Source: Tubulanus polymorphus
Taxonomy: Eukaryota; Animalia; Nemertea
DNA: 64,000 bases
Assembly (NCBI RefSeq): GCF_964204645.1
Contig: NC_134033.1
Location: 13,834,655 to 13,898,654 of the forward strand
Direction of reading: 5' to 3'
The position numbers and the translations under genes are program-made. Positions 11,708 to 25,700 of this stretch are shown piece by piece (position 1 is the stretch's first letter; the number at the start of each line of letters is the position of its first letter). The notes beneath the pieces are model-generated. The model ran no database searches. It saw only the letters and a program-made list of their open reading frames with translations, and was not told the origin of the DNA.

Positions 11708-12661
11708 TCTGTAGCTGATTCTGTAGCCCCTATCGCTAGAAAGAATAAATCACAGGCTTCGGATAAAACCTATGGCTGAAGGTGGTGTCCACGGACCCTG
11801 TCATAGCTGCAAACGCTCAACTATCGCGCGATCTTCACCCGTCCAAGTGGGAAGAAAACATTCAATGGTTTTGCCTCATTGGTCGACGCGTTGATCTATT
11901 ATGTATTTAAACATAAAAATCAAATAGCGCGAAGGTTTGATATAATATAAGTACATACCTTTTGATGTAAAATACCCGCATACATTAAACACAGCTGGCT
12001 CCAGTCAAAACAAAATGGCCGCCGTACCCTGATAAATGACTTCTGTCATGGTTTCCTTCGACTTATGTGTAGGCAATTATATCCGTTGTTCGACTGGAAG
12101 ATTCCTTTGATAGTGACGGATTCAAGTTTTTCTCAATTTGTACACTTTTTGACATTTCATCAATTTCATTCAGAGACCGAGTGTGAGGGCCGCGCATACG
12201 TTCTGATGTAAAATTCCGATTCCTAGGTAACCGCGTGGCTCTGCGAGAATTTGCAATCATGGGTACCAACTTGTTCACTTCCTTTTAAGAGAAACAAACT
12301 CATTTACTACGCAACACGGTCTTATAATCAATGAGCAAAACTATCAATGATCATTTTGATTAAGTAATTTTGGTTTATCTCAATCTGCCTTGTTAGCGCG
12401 CACATTCATGAATTTGTTGGTCTCTCCCTTTGGAATTTAGCTTATACGCCAAGCAGGGAGAACGAGCAACCTCCGATAGTTTCAGAATGATCACTTTTTG
12501 GGCCACCATGGAAAATACGACAAAAGTACCGAGCAGTAGCGATGTATATGACATGAATTCTAATGTGAATCTAGATAACTATATAAATTGGTTGGAGGTT
12601 TTTTGAGGACAACACATCACGGTTATTGGGTGGGGTGTTTCATGTTGATGTGACAATTTTT

Positions 12662-13130
12662 CGCCTACACAAGTCAACCACAAGTAGCGTACACAGCGAC
12701 TGGTGGACCAGCTATAGTCATACAGCAACAACCTGCAGCAGTCGCGACACTTCAATGACCTGGACTACGACGAAACGGCATCACATGCTGCGATATACTT
12801 ATCATTCTCGGTTCAGCGTGTTTCGGTTTTGGTATATATCTACAAGTAGCTAGAGGTCTCGGCGGGCTGTACTACGGTTACTGGGGTGGTGCGCTGTACA
12901 TAATCGCAGGTATCGTGGCCCAAACTGCAATAAGCAAAACTAATAAGCTTTTGTACGCAAGGGTTTTCGCAATCTGTTCTTTCATCGTTGCGTTGGCCAT
13001 GGCTGCCTATTTGATGGTTGCATTCCTCACTTTCCCGATATATTTTGTTCACGTGGTCTTGAGTTTGCTAATTGATATCGTTTGCATTGTACTTACCTCT
13101 TATACCTGTGAATGTTGCGACGCTACTTAA
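12662..13130 (+). pseudogene. 5'-truncated tandem duplicate of the MS4A-like gene at 14479-15240
   Basis: Aligns to ~14769-15240. A CGA>TGA change at ~12756 (CTTCAATGACCT versus CTTCAACGACCT) creates a stop. It lacks the ATG and the PYGQPGQV repeat. Confidence 0.85.
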
Positions 13131-14478
13131 ACCGTTTTCACACTACGTTATTTAGACCCAAATTTGCCCCAGCGTTACCCCAAGAGGTACTTATTAGACC
13201 GGCTATCTATTGGTAGTGTGAACGCGGCCATAGACACAAATGTACCTTTTAACTTTAACTCGTCATTTTCAAGTTGAATAAAATCTAAATTACATGATGT
13301 TTGAGAGTTGTTTTTCTAATGAAGTGAGGTCCATTTGGTTGCATGATGAAACATATATCTAGACCACCGGCAATAAATACTAACCGATATTTCATCGATT
13401 GAATTGATTTATTTTTTCAATACGTGCATTAACAAACATCCTGGTATAAAACAATAAAATTACATGTTTCCAAAGATAAGTACCTAATTAGAACCAATTC
13501 AAAACTAGTATTTTTTCTCGCTACTCATTATGCCTTATAATCTAGGGCGGCGGAGGCAAGTGTCAGGACAAGTGCCGGGCCAATAATTTTGTCGATGATG
13601 ATTTTTTCTTGAAGGTTTTCAGGAACCTCAGCTAGCTGCACCCATCCCTGAAAACGTATTTTGTGATCGACTTTGAAAAAGCTGCGTCTATAACATTATT
13701 ATCCGTAACATATAACAAGTGGCTCAATCAACCAGAAAACTATCGTGTCGAATAACCCAAAAGCCTTTGAAATGCAACCGTCAAAAGATATTTCGCCGGG
13801 GAAGACCCCGAACCCGTAGAGGAAAAAACAAACGCGAATTGTTCGGATGGTTGACACCTCACGCCGTCAAAGCCAGGCCAATGTCAACTTGCTTCCGCCG
13901 GCCCTGCTGTAATTCATCTTTATCATATCATGTATCTACTTATCGTGAACTTATACCCGGAACTGCATCCGAATATAGCGAATTGACTTTTGCAATTGTT
14001 CTCATTAATCCCGTAGAATTCGAGAACGAAATATTCCCAGTAATCAAAATGACGCATAATCAAGTAACGTGCGCAGGGTCACTTTTAGAGGTCATCAAAG
14101 GCGATAAGCATATTTGAACTCCTCCGTTATCTCGTCCATTGCATAGCAAGTGCAGGCCACCAACACGGAGTTGTATTTAGTGCTATAGGATTTACCGATT
14201 TGTTCTGAAGAGTGTTCGGTATAGAGGAAAGTACATCAGGTAAGTTGACGGATGAAAAACAAGCTATAATTCGCATTGTCAGAATAAGTTCATCATCAGG
14301 TTAATTAAAGGCTGAGTACGTAAGAAAATGGATATGATTAAAATTTCAATGTAAAAATCCTTCACTTTGCTCCTCGTACCGTCTACGTAGATCACAGATT
14401 CTCAATTTCTCCAGCCCCGCGTATTTTTGTTCCGATTCGATATATTTACGAGAACGCTATTCGAATTACAGGACGAAA

Positions 14479-15240
14479 ATGTCTTCGGAGAAACCTCCAT
14501 TATACGATCAAGTCGTTCCGATGCAACCGCAGTATGATCCGACGCAAGCTCCATACGGCCAGCAAGGAGGACAAGCACCACTAAATGGCCAACCAGGACA
14601 AGTACCGCACGGGCAGCCAGGAGAAGTACCGTACGGCCAACCAGGACAAGTACCGTACGGCCAGCCAGGACAAGTACCGTACGGCCAGCCAGGACAAGTA
14701 CCGTACGGCCAACCAGGACTGGTAATGTACGGTCAGCCTGGGCAACCTGGGCAGGGTCAAGTTAACTACGCCTACGCAAGTCAACCACAAGTAGCGTACA
14801 CAGCGACTGGTGGACCAGCTATAGTCATACAGCAACAACCTGCAACAGTCGCGACACTTCAACGACCTGGACTACGACGAGGCGGTATCACATGCTGCGA
14901 TATACTTCTCATCATTCTCGGCTTTGTATGCGTCGGTTTTGGTATATATCTACAAGTAGCTACAGGTCTCGGCGGGCTGTACTACGGTTACTGGGGTGGT
15001 GCGCTGTACATAAGCACGGGTATCGCGGCCCATACTGCTAAAAGCAATACTAGAAAACTTGCGTCCGCGAGGATATTCGCTGTGTGTTCCGTCATCGTTG
15101 CGTTGGCCATGGCTGCCTATTTGACGGTTGTATCCCTCGTTTTTCCGATATATTTTGTGCACGTGGGTTTGAGTTTTCTAATCGCTATCATTTGCATTGT
15201 ACTCGCCTCTTACACCTGTGAATGTTGTGACTCTAGATAG
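14479..15240 (+). CDS. MS4A/CD20-like four-TM protein with an N-terminal Pro/Gly/Gln/Tyr octapeptide repeat, 253 aa
   Basis: One coding exon after an acceptor (ttacag, ~14471), with a probable 5'UTR donor GTAAGT at ~14240. It has four hydrophobic segments, a YYGYWGGALYISTG motif like MS4A TM2 (GYPFWGG..FI.SG), an N-terminal PPLY, and Cys clusters flanking the TM bundle. Confidence 0.75.
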   Translation: MSSEKPPLYDQVVPMQPQYDPTQAPYGQQGGQAPLNGQPGQVPHGQPGEVPYGQPGQVPYGQPGQVPYGQPGQVPYGQPGLVMYGQPGQPGQGQVNYAYASQPQVAYTATGGPAIVIQQQPATVATLQRPGLRRGGITCCDILLIILGFVCVGFGIYLQVATGLGGLYYGYWGGALYISTGIAAHTAKSNTRKLASARIFAVCSVIVALAMAAYLTVVSLVFPIYFVHVGLSFLIAIICIVLASYTCECCDSR

Positions 15241-15949
15241 ACAACGAATGTAACTTTTGAAGTCTTATTTATTTGATTCTTTAAATTTGGTTTGATTTGT
15301 GGGTGAAATGCAGCTCGGTACACCCTGTGTCCACAGAGTATGTAGTACTTAAAAGTACCTGGGACACTGGTCGATCTAAGCTACATTTCACCCCCAAACT
15401 TCAACTATGAGCCCCTGTGTATAATTCCATAGGATTTGAGAACGAATATCAACAAGATTCAGATCAAATTCACAAAAAGTTTCATGATAATTCGTAGAAA
15501 GGTGAATCAGCCACTAGAGTGAATACATGTGAACTAAGTGCACACTGAAACGACTCTAAATTTCTAAGAATCAACTAAAACCATGACGTTCAGATGCATA
15601 CATTGAACATTTTATCTCTGAAATGGTTTTGATATCGGAAAATCGATAGACCTACGTAATGTCAGTGTGTCATAAGCTATTAGATACATCACGCATACGC
15701 ATCTGTATTATCCAGTACAATAAGTGGTCATAATTTTCTGTTTTTCAACGTGATAACTCATGTGGGGGCGCCACATACTACGCTTCAGCAAGGATTATCT
15801 TGTATCTTTTCGCCATTGTGTTTTTCTTAAATCTACGACCTTTTTAGACCTCCTAATACAACCATTTCTTAGTCAGGAGAATAAAGTTATTATATCTTAA
15901 TCTTAATCTTATCTTGTAGTGAATTATATACATTCTATTATCGTGATTA

Positions 15950-18900
15950 TCAAATGCGCGTTATCAAACTAGCGAACATTGCCAAAATGATGACCGACAA
16001 TGAATAGTTCAATTTATCAAATCCAGGTGTCGCTCTGTTGCATAACGGGTACGAACAGCATTCGGGTGTGACGTCATAGACGCCATTCAAGTGCCAAGTG
16101 TACGGGCATACGTCACTGCAACCATGGTAACTATAGCGCACATTGTTGACAGTTTTCTGCGCTGTCTGAAAATAGAAACGACCGTAACATTCGTATTTTG
16201 GATATTCTACTTGAAATCATTTCTTTGGTGTTAACAAAAACCAATTGCAGGGGCCGATCCAAAGGTGGGGCCTATGCGGCTCGGCCCCTATTTTTTGTCA
16301 AGATCACACTTTCAAATCCTGGCTTATGAAAGTAACACATACAAATTATTGCTGGTCATTTTGTTCTAGAATCCCTTTGAAAATTATGCATTTTTCATCA
16401 ATTAATTTTTTTTTTGTTTAGGGGGGGGGGCTACCGAGTACGTGTACTACAACTAGACCTCGGATTTGTTGGGCCCCCTATTCAAAATTCCTGGCTCCGC
16501 ATTCGAGATATCGCGCGCGTGTAAGTGTAATTTCAATCTAATTCCACACACAATTTTCACTCAGTTTTCTCTACCAATTTGTTGTCAAAGTCTGCCAAAC
16601 TGCGCATCATCATTAACAACCATCATTCCATACATGTTTTAATTACGATCCTTGCCCTTGTTCGTACATGCGTATCATACAGTGACGCCTGTTGTTTGGC
16701 GTCGGGTCAAACTTGGGGACAATGGATGATTTCATCCGTACCCATTATATATGCAGACATGAATATTGATGATGCCAGAGATAAATTCACAATCTAATCT
16801 AGCTAGTTCAATGCGGGAATCAAATTATTGAACGCAGGGGGAGTAGTAGCAACCAAATAATTATTGGTGGTCAAACATAAATCATTTGAAAATTGACCAT
16901 GTTATTTGGTGCATTCTGAGGAGTTTGAAACGGCACTATTCATTGCACTTTCATAGTGCCCCCCCCCCCCCAAAAAAAAAAAATCAATATATATACTGGT
17001 ACAACGCGCGAAAACGTGGGTAAAGATCAACTGCGTTGTTGTGTGAAGCAAGGTTTAGATCACGCGCGAGGTTCTGAATAAGCCACTATACTGGATGGGG
17101 TCAAACATTCGAATTTTAGCCCGTGGAATATTGGTCTCGGGGAATGGAGTCTATTTCGCATCGATGGCGTGTGGGAACTCTGTGAAGAGTTTAATGCAGA
17201 AAAATCAATCGATATTGTACGTAGTTTTCAATTTGAAGCGCCGGAAACGGAAGTGCATTCAAATTGACTATTGATATAGATAATAATAAACTATAAGCAA
17301 TTCAGACTCGCTGTCGTTCTCCACTAATGATGAGAGTTTAGATGCTCGATGAGTTTGTTTTGTGATATGCTGTCCATGGGTTTGTAAAATAGTACAAAAT
17401 GGATAGACTTTAATTGACATAAAAACAAAGAGGAAAACTTTAACAGTTTTCTAAATCATTCAAAGATTCGAACTTGCAGATAACTAATGTTTTTTTTTGT
17501 ATATACGAATCTACTGAGTTTTACATAACGGAAATTTACGAAACTCGAAGTAATAAACAAAATGATTTTCAAGAAGTGATCTAACCGGAGTCACCCTTCA
17601 GAGTCACCCTTAAGAAAACTCACAAAGCAGGTGGCGCCCTCGCAGTTTTCCTCGTTCAACGAACATCCGCTGTATCCGCACGTTTTGAAAATACACTTAA
17701 TACCATTGACATCTGAAAAATTACTTCATCAGGTCAAACTAAAGCATCATGATATCCTCAAAATCAGAATCATTTCTAGTTCATTTTCAATTAAAACTAC
17801 AATTTTTGATGTAAAATTTTTCTCATTTTTTTGGTGAAAACTACTACAATTTTTATACCTAAATCGATCGCCCGATTTGTTCTTCTTACATTGCACAATA
17901 AATTCATTCGTATTCGAATCGCGTCGGAACAACGGGACAATAACTGCTATTGTATCACATTATATTCGAGCATCATTCAGCCACACACTCGAACAGCGCT
18001 CTAGGCGCTCAAATAACATTTCCCCTTATTCCTTATCGATATGAAAATGAAATAACACAAGATTTTCCATGCACGCATTTTGTAGCTTTTGTTGTATCGC
18101 TTATCTTCATACGGCATAAAATAGATAGATAATTTTTTTTTTCACTTAGAACTTCGGAAAAGAAACCCCCCCCCCCCTTGTGGTAACTGTAACGATGCGA
18201 TCATTGTCACATTTATACATATGAAAGCTTAATCTATCATCCTGATTCAAATCTGTCAAAAATGAATATTGTGTCTTGAATATTATTTACTTCTCTTCAA
18301 AAATATTCAGTTCCCTCAAAAGTTGAAACTATAAAGATAAATCAAATCAGAAACAAAATTTCGTTCAACTAAGAATCTGAAGCAACGGCCGCCGAGCGAG
18401 GTTGGTCGATTGTGAAACTGCGGAAAGCAGTTGCTGATTCAGCGAATAGTGTAATGATTCTCATTTAGCTGGGATGCTATTTACTCATGTACTCGAGAAT
18501 CACAATTCTGCGTTCGCGCGCTCAAGTTTTATTAACTGTCGAGTAGGTTGAGATGCCCATTATTTTCAAAGAGACACCATTGTAGATATAGACAGAATGA
18601 ACATTTTAATGATACATTATTTCACATAGAAAACGTTTGGTAATGGTAATCTGAAATGCTGTTGGTCCGCTTTAGAATTGTTTAACCAGTGTTGAGATGT
18701 TTCACGAAACAGGGGCCAGGGATCAGGTTGCTTGAAGGTTGTTTATAGAAGTATATGTCCTACTATACGATAGGGTACAAATACCATGATAGAATATTTC
18801 ATTAAGTGTTAGATTCAAAGTTGAATATCTGTGACCATTATGGCCGTTAGATACGAACAATTCTGAAAACAGGTATCAAAAAAGATTATGCAATAAAATG

Positions 18901-19350
18901 ATACCTTGCTTCTCCTAATCGGTCGGGTCACTTTTTGTAAAATGCAATACGATTTGTAATCAGTTAATTTTTATAACTACCGGGTCTGTTATGGTCTAAA
19001 AAAGGAACGTACGGGGTAGAGGCGGGCGGCCGAGTCAACAGAAATGAGAAACAAGTTATCATTTTTTCTTGCCTAGTTGAAACATCAAGATGTCGTTGAT
19101 AATTAAAAGAACATTCACAAACATGTAAACAAATCTGTAGATACACGGCGCACTTGGGTTTTATCCAGATTTCTGTCAAAGAATGTCTAGATGTTCACGT
19201 CCAACTACATATAATATACGTATATAACCTTGAATCTGGTAGTGTATTAAGTTTCAAGGTGTTTGTCTTACCTTGGATTAAACAGATTATCAAAACCAAA
19301 ACCTCACATTTTCTCGCGATAGTATTCGATACCGAACTGAAATGTGCCAT
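15950..19350 (-). CDS. GPI-anchored Ly6/uPAR (three-finger) protein, ~127 aa
   Basis: Exons 19350-19272 (MAHFSSVSNTIARKCEVLVLIICLIQ, donor GTAAGA), 17712-17624 (DVNGIKCIFKTCGYSGCSLNEENCEGATCF, donor GTGAGT) and 16165-15950 (TAQK...HGCSDVC...ECCSYPLCN plus hydrophobic tail). Ten Cys in LU-domain spacing, and the phases are consistent. Confidence 0.85.
18890..19072. mobile_element. Degenerate copy of the MITE family at 54242-54461
   Basis: Shares TGATACCTTG.TTCTCC...CGGGTCA.TTTTGTAAAAT...CCGGGTCTGTTATGGT...GAGAAACAA with the 54-kb copy. Confidence 0.7.
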
Positions 19351-20080
19351 CTGATCGATGTTGATGGAACGGCGGAGGAACGCGTGAATGATGCCAGCTA
19401 TGTATCTCTCGTGATATCGGTGACACATCTCGCATATGAGACCTTCAACACGGTCGCTACAGTTGCGAAGGACGGCGCCAATTTCTATCAATATATGTCA
19501 CGCTATAAGAGCCTAGTTTTTTGGGCTGTTCAGACGAATCTTTCAATATTCTTCGTTGTTACGTATTATCGACTTGTTTATTCTTGTTCATAGTTTCGAG
19601 ACTCTTAAATTCAGAAATTAACCGGTCTTAACAGGGCCGTACCCAGCATTTGGATTTTGATTCAGAGAACCCCGAAAAAGGGCAGTTCCATAGGACAAAA
19701 AGGGCACTTTTCCGAAATTTCTAGGGGCTAGGGGCAACTGCCCCGGCCAAATACACCCCTGTGGCGGATCGGCGATAAGAAAAACATCAGCTTTGTCGAA
19801 TACAGGTTTTAATGACGATTTTGAATTGGAATCGTGACACGATGTCGTCATTTGGTATCTTCAGTGACGTCAAGATGTTTTCACATCTACTCCAGTTCAT
19901 CGCCTGGGCAAGATGGCTAGTATAGACAGTGCGACGTCACCTGAAGAAGCAGACTTGAAAAACCTCCCTCGTCTAATACCACGAAATTCAATGAAAATTT
20001 AACACAATGCCATAATTCATCGGCACTTTTAATTTTCGATTTATTCCAACAGAAAAATTAGTGCGGTTACCAAATGTCAT

Positions 20081-21585
20081 TTAACCGAGATATCCTTGAT
20101 AGGCGTTATTTCCGTGAAGCTGATTGGCGTGTACTCCGTGATGACCGTGACCTTGATTGAAGCCGTTAGCGTGAGCACCGTTCATGTATCCTTGGTTCAC
20201 TCCGGCCTGACCGTTGGATCCATAACCGTGTTGACCGTTGTTATGATGATAAGCGCCCGCAGCTCCGTTTGACCCGTGGGCGGCGTAACCGCCAACTTGT
20301 CCACCTCCGGCTCGATTCATAAAACCTTGATTCAGGCGCGTGCCTCTTCTCTCATCCCATCCGCGGTCGATGGCTTTCAGGTATCCAGTTTGTTGGTTAA
20401 AAGCGTCGAGATTGCTGAAGGCGGCGTTGTTTTGTAAAGCACCCTGCGCAACGTGTCCCACAACACCACCTTGACTTCCGTGCGCTGTGAGAAAAAATTC
20501 GGTAACATTTCAAATTTTTCTATTACATGTATTTTCAAACCGATTGCATCCGAACCCAGGAGTCACCTTTCTGAATAGTATCATATAGGCTACGTGAGTA
20601 TGTGGATAGATGTGTATTATAAGAGCCAAGGATTTACCAGGCAGTAAGAAAGGTCGTTCACAGACGGATGTATTCGTCTACGAATGGCCTTACATTCCGG
20701 TTCCATAATCGAGACTTCAGTCCAAAGGTGGGCGTTTAGCGGTGTTACTTAACTATCCTCCCCTCGACAGGGATTTGAACCGATAGCATCGAGACTCGCC
20801 GTGGTACGACGGTTTCGTACCGTGGCTGAGTCCAACGATGCCACCATGTTCGAATCCCTGCCGAAGGGTGAATCTTAAGTTGTTAGATTTTGGTTATAGA
20901 ACTAAGATCTTAGACGGTACTTATTAAGTCTAAGCTGCGAATGACTATGGTACCGGTTCCGAGATTTTAGTCGTCGTAGCCAATTAATCTGGACCAATCC
21001 GAATGACTTCTTGTACATGTGATATTCATGTCCATACTACGTACTTACCACCGTGGGCGCCAACATTGTTGTGTCCGCCGAAACCATGGCTACCGTAATT
21101 AGCGACTCCTTGGTTGTATCCTTGGTTGCCCATTCCGGCATTGAAGCCTGAATTCTGAGCGCCGTGCGCATTTTGACCGTAGTTACTGGCACCTTGGTTC
21201 TGCAAGAAACCGGCGTACGGAGCAGGCACAGGACCGCTCGAGTAATACCCTAAAATAGCCACAGTCATCCTGATTAATCGACTGGAAAAAATGATTTTAT
21301 GCAGTAAAAATATGCGCAAAATCATATCGTGATCACACGAGCGTTTTTGCGACGGGTCAAACTGTTTGAGTTTTTTTTTTTAATTAATTTTCGCGGGTGC
21401 CAGTTGCACGTGATTTTGAAGTCCATTGATCCAAAGACTAATCCTTGAGAAATCGGCTAAATGGGCTTATGACTATCTCAGCTGAATATACCTTCAATTT
21501 ACATTTCTATGAATGTGTACTCACCCCATCCGAAAACTGTTGTGAAGCAGCAGCAAACCAACAACACTACTAGTGACAAGTGCAT
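20081..21585 (-). CDS. Secreted Gly/Asn/His/Gln-rich low-complexity structural protein, ~221 aa
   Basis: Exons 21585-21525 (signal MHLSLVVLLVCCCFTTVFG), 21249-21049 and 20484-20081. Junctions are phase 1 with GTGAGT/GTAAGT donors. Recurrent NQG(Y/F), AHG and HG motifs. Confidence 0.85.
20755..20870. repeat. Short palindromic element related to the ends of the 9-bp-TSD MITE
   Basis: CAGGGATTTGAAC ... GTTCGAATCCCTG arms around an inner hairpin GGTACGA/TCGTACC. Confidence 0.55.
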
Positions 21586-22735
21586 CGTCGCTGCGTAGAA
21601 ATAAATGGATGAAATTTATATGCAAAACTTTGATTAGAATATCCCCTGATTTAAAACTGCAACTCAGTAGCGTTAGAAATCCATGATGAACATTCAACAT
21701 TTAAAATGTATTTTTGATAGAATTAAACAACTGGTCTCAAATTTTTCTCTGGATGTAGATTTAATACCTGTTTGGTGTTTTGTTCAATTATCCGACTACG
21801 AAGATATCAGAATTTTCCCCTTGGCGTCAGAGGGGTTGATGTGGGTATTCTGACAAGTCAAGTAAGTTATGTATATATCTATAAAAGAAGAAGCTATACT
21901 GTGTTGAGATCTATTGTTTTTGCGATTGTATAAAAGCTGAAACAGGTGTGTGAACAGTTGTGACTGCTTTTCTTACATCTGTGGAGTCGCGACCATCCCA
22001 CGCGACTCAGTACCGTCGAATGGAAATACATTGTTTTATTGTTGGAATGTATGGCGAAATGATGCGAATGATACTGAAAGAAAAAACACCTGGGCCCAAA
22101 TGTGCATTTTCAATAAATGCGAACTTAAGGGTTTGATGTCAAGTGTAGAAAGGAACATTTGGAACATCCTAGAGATTCGACCAAGCCTGTTAAATGATTA
22201 GAACCTGAATAGATTTCGGCTCAGCGACGATCAAATTGGGAAAGCAGCGACTACGGTTGAAAACTATAGTGGAAGTCCGATTTTTCTAGTGTTATCAATC
22301 TTTCCTCTTGACGCTTATTAAGACGTTAACCTACCGGCACGCTCGCCGCCCGCCCGGAGTTCCTCCACTTTCTTAACCGTTGTTGTGTATCTGGCGGTAA
22401 ATAGCATCACGCAAAAGAGCCCAAGGTCGTTGAGTATTCATTGCGTAATCACGCATTATCGGTAAACAAAACGTTACATAAAGCTGTAAATTAGCGGAAT
22501 CTAGGTGAAACCGAAGTCTGATGCTATTAAAAAGTATATAGTAATATTTTCTTATTTACTGATTTGGTTTTCGGGCAAATTATGATTTACGGGGTCTCTA
22601 AAATTCAATGCTAATGTAATTTACTTCGTCCTTTCATCTCCATTGCATTCTCTATGTTTTGCTCAAGGCTTTATTGGTGTTTGCAAAGAAATCTCCTCGA
22701 AACGTTTTGTACTACATCGCGGCATCCATACAACA

Positions 22736-25700
22736 ATGTTTCCGTGGTCACCAAAAAATGAGCAATCGGCCGGCGCTCGTGGCCGCCGACGCCCGAGAAG
22801 TCAACAACAACAGAATAGTGGCGAAAACATCGATCGACCACTGTTCACACCTCCAGAATTCAGACGGCCATCCTCAGCAGCTGGGAGCATGTCGGCTGAT
22901 CCAAATTTATTCAGTATTAAAAAACAACCATTGACCAGAAATTCGAAACCATCGGAAGAATTTATGGCTGAAATTCAAGCGAGTAAGAACTGAGGCCGGG
23001 GTCAGTTTCTCAAAAGTTGGTAGATTTAGCAGGACATACTTATTAAACAACCAGTGAATGGTCAATTTATTGACGCAATTAAAAGTGCATTGTTTCTGAA
23101 TGGTTCTTATCTTTTACCAACTTTTGACCAACGAGGCCCAAGTTTTTTTCACTGTGGTGGATCCAGTTTCGCAAATAATGTTAGTCTTAATCGATTTCAA
23201 ATACTGATTAATAAATTCTAATTCTTTTTCAAGGACGTTTGGCGTGCGCCGCTTCAGGGTTGAAATTCAACGCCAAACGTAAACGCGTTATTTCAAAACA
23301 CGAGAACGTGTCGACGAAAAAACAGGGAATCGTTTATTGGATGTCACGAGATCAGCGTGTACAAGGTATAAGTCGTATCCTGGATTAAGTTCCACATTTC
23401 TGATTTAACTCGACAGTTAGCTTGGTCGAAAACGACAACTGATTTTGTAAAATTGAAGATACGAGAACTTTCGTAATCTTTTTCAGATAATTGGGCTTTC
23501 ATTTACGCGCAGAAGTTGGCGTTAGAATTGAAAATGCCGTTGTTCGTCTGTTTCTGTGTAGTGCCGGAATTTCTCGGCGCAACAATTCGTCAGTACACGT
23601 TCATGTTAAAAGGACTGCAAGAAGTTGAAGAGGTATGTGTGTATTTTATCCATTGAGCTCTTGTTCAGTCAACCGAGGTAATTGCTTATCCTGAGAAGGT
23701 CATGGATGCTCTAAATCATTTAAAACTGAGCTTGGCTTTTCAGGGGTGGGTGGTCTCGCGGGTCTGGACCCAAGCCTACCTGAGGTTGCCCTTTTCGTCA
23801 AGACCCTACAAGTCAAACACTCATCCTCTACAAAATTGCAACTTTTAGAATGCATTTCTTCACAAATATCTAACCCTAGATCGAGGGACTACGCCAGTGG
23901 CATTAGGCATGGCTGCTTTAACCTTTTCTTTTCTACCGGACCCCGGCAATCCAATTTTCCCAGATCTGCGCCTGTTTTTAAAAAGTGTTTCGATAATATC
24001 AATAAATGCTGATTTAGCAGTTTTATCTCTATGACCTAGGAATGTAAGCAGCTTTCGATATCGTTTAACTTGTTGGATGGTTATGCTAAAGATGTCCTGC
24101 CCGAATTCGTGAAAAGTAAAGATATAGGTGCTGTAGTAACTGACTTCTCACCGTTGAGAGAGCCACTTGCGTGGTTGAATGATTTGAATAGCGAACTACC
24201 AGATGATATACCTCTAATACAGGTAAGTAACGTAGATGTATTAGACCTGTGTAACTAGGTTTTCTCTGATATTCATCAAGACTGGAATGTTACATGTATT
24301 TACAATCATTTTATGCGTTTGTTTGGTTGTAAATGTAGTAAGCTCATGAGTTAGTTATCTTCTACGGTATTTTAATGTCATTTTCTTCTGTCAGGTCGAT
24401 GCGCACAATATAGTACCGTGTTGGTTGCATGGAGAACAGGAACATAGAGCGTACTTAATGAGGCAACGTATCCAATCAAAATCAGCGGAATTTCTCACTG
24501 AATTTCCACCGATCACGCGTCATCCTTATACGTCACATCACTTATCAGCTGAAGAGGTACGTGGATATAACACAGGGTTCTTACGGTTTTTGGAAAATGG
24601 GAATTTTAGGTCCTTGCAAAGCTACAAAAAACTTTTTGCAAACGTTATGGAAAATGAAATTGGGATACCTGTAAGAACTAATGATATAACACAGAAATAA
24701 TGTAACTCAAAATAAGGTCCACTCTACCTGATATTCGTGTGAAACTGGTTCGATTTTTATTTCACAGTCAGTGAATTGGGATGAGGTGATATCTAGTCTG
24801 AAAGTCGACCGCTCCGTGTCGGAGGTCGATTGGGCTATCCCGGGCAGTTCGACTGCTTTTCATCTGCTGGAAAACTTTTGTAAACACCGTCTGCAACATT
24901 ACGACGCTGACCGAAATAATCCGACGAAACCGTGCACTTCGGAGATGTCGCCCTGGTATAATTTTGGTAAGTTACGAGGTTCCCGACGAATTTCACAATA
25001 TTAATTTACTTGATAATAATAATAATAATAATAATTTATTGAGCCTAAAATCCATATAAAATATGCTACAATGTTTACAATATAAAGACACAATTTAAAC
25101 AATTTTACTTACGAAGAAACCAATGAATTAATGCGGTTTACCGAGATAAACTGTAATTGGGATATGAAAGTGTTGCAGAAATTTCTTTAAAAATCCTTAT
25201 ATGTAGGAATTAATTACCAATGTTTTGTTTGTTTGTTTGTTTGTTTGGCTCTTAAAATATGATTATGTTTTCGTATTAACCGAGTAGGAAAATAAAATGC
25301 GAAATCATATGAAAAAGGGTATTCCTAACGATAGCAATATTTGGTATTTATTTACTCATTACGTTAGGTCAGATATCGGTTGCACGATGCGTCCTTACGG
25401 CCGAAGATTATCGTAAACAGCATCCTAAATCAGTAGATAAATACGTCGATGAAGCTGTCACTTGGAGGGAGATGACTGACAACTTCTGTTTTTACAATCC
25501 AAAATACGACTCAATCGAAGGTAATGTAATTTTCGAAAACACGCAGCATTCTAGATCCTTACTAGAGACCAGAGTTTGCAGTATGTGTTTGTATACTTTT
25601 GCAGGTTCTCCTCATTGGTCTCAAGCGACATTGAAGAAACACGAGTCAGATAGGCGTCAATATAAATATAGCCTGGCAGAGTTTGAAGCCGGTAAAACCC

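Noticed and set aside
13719-14117. 132-aa ORF upstream of the MS4A-like gene
   Set aside because: GTG start, no domain, and it lies in probable promoter sequence.
17625-17640. CTCF-like motifs (also near 132, 36228, 44175, 48234, 51957)
   Set aside because: Several fall in coding exons or repeat-like context and cannot be distinguished from chance without a PWM scan or ChIP data.
19351-19593. ORFs 19195-19491 (-) and 19342-19593 (+) as separate genes or transposase relics
   Set aside because: The useful part is the Ly6 signal-peptide exon, and the rest has no recognisable motif.
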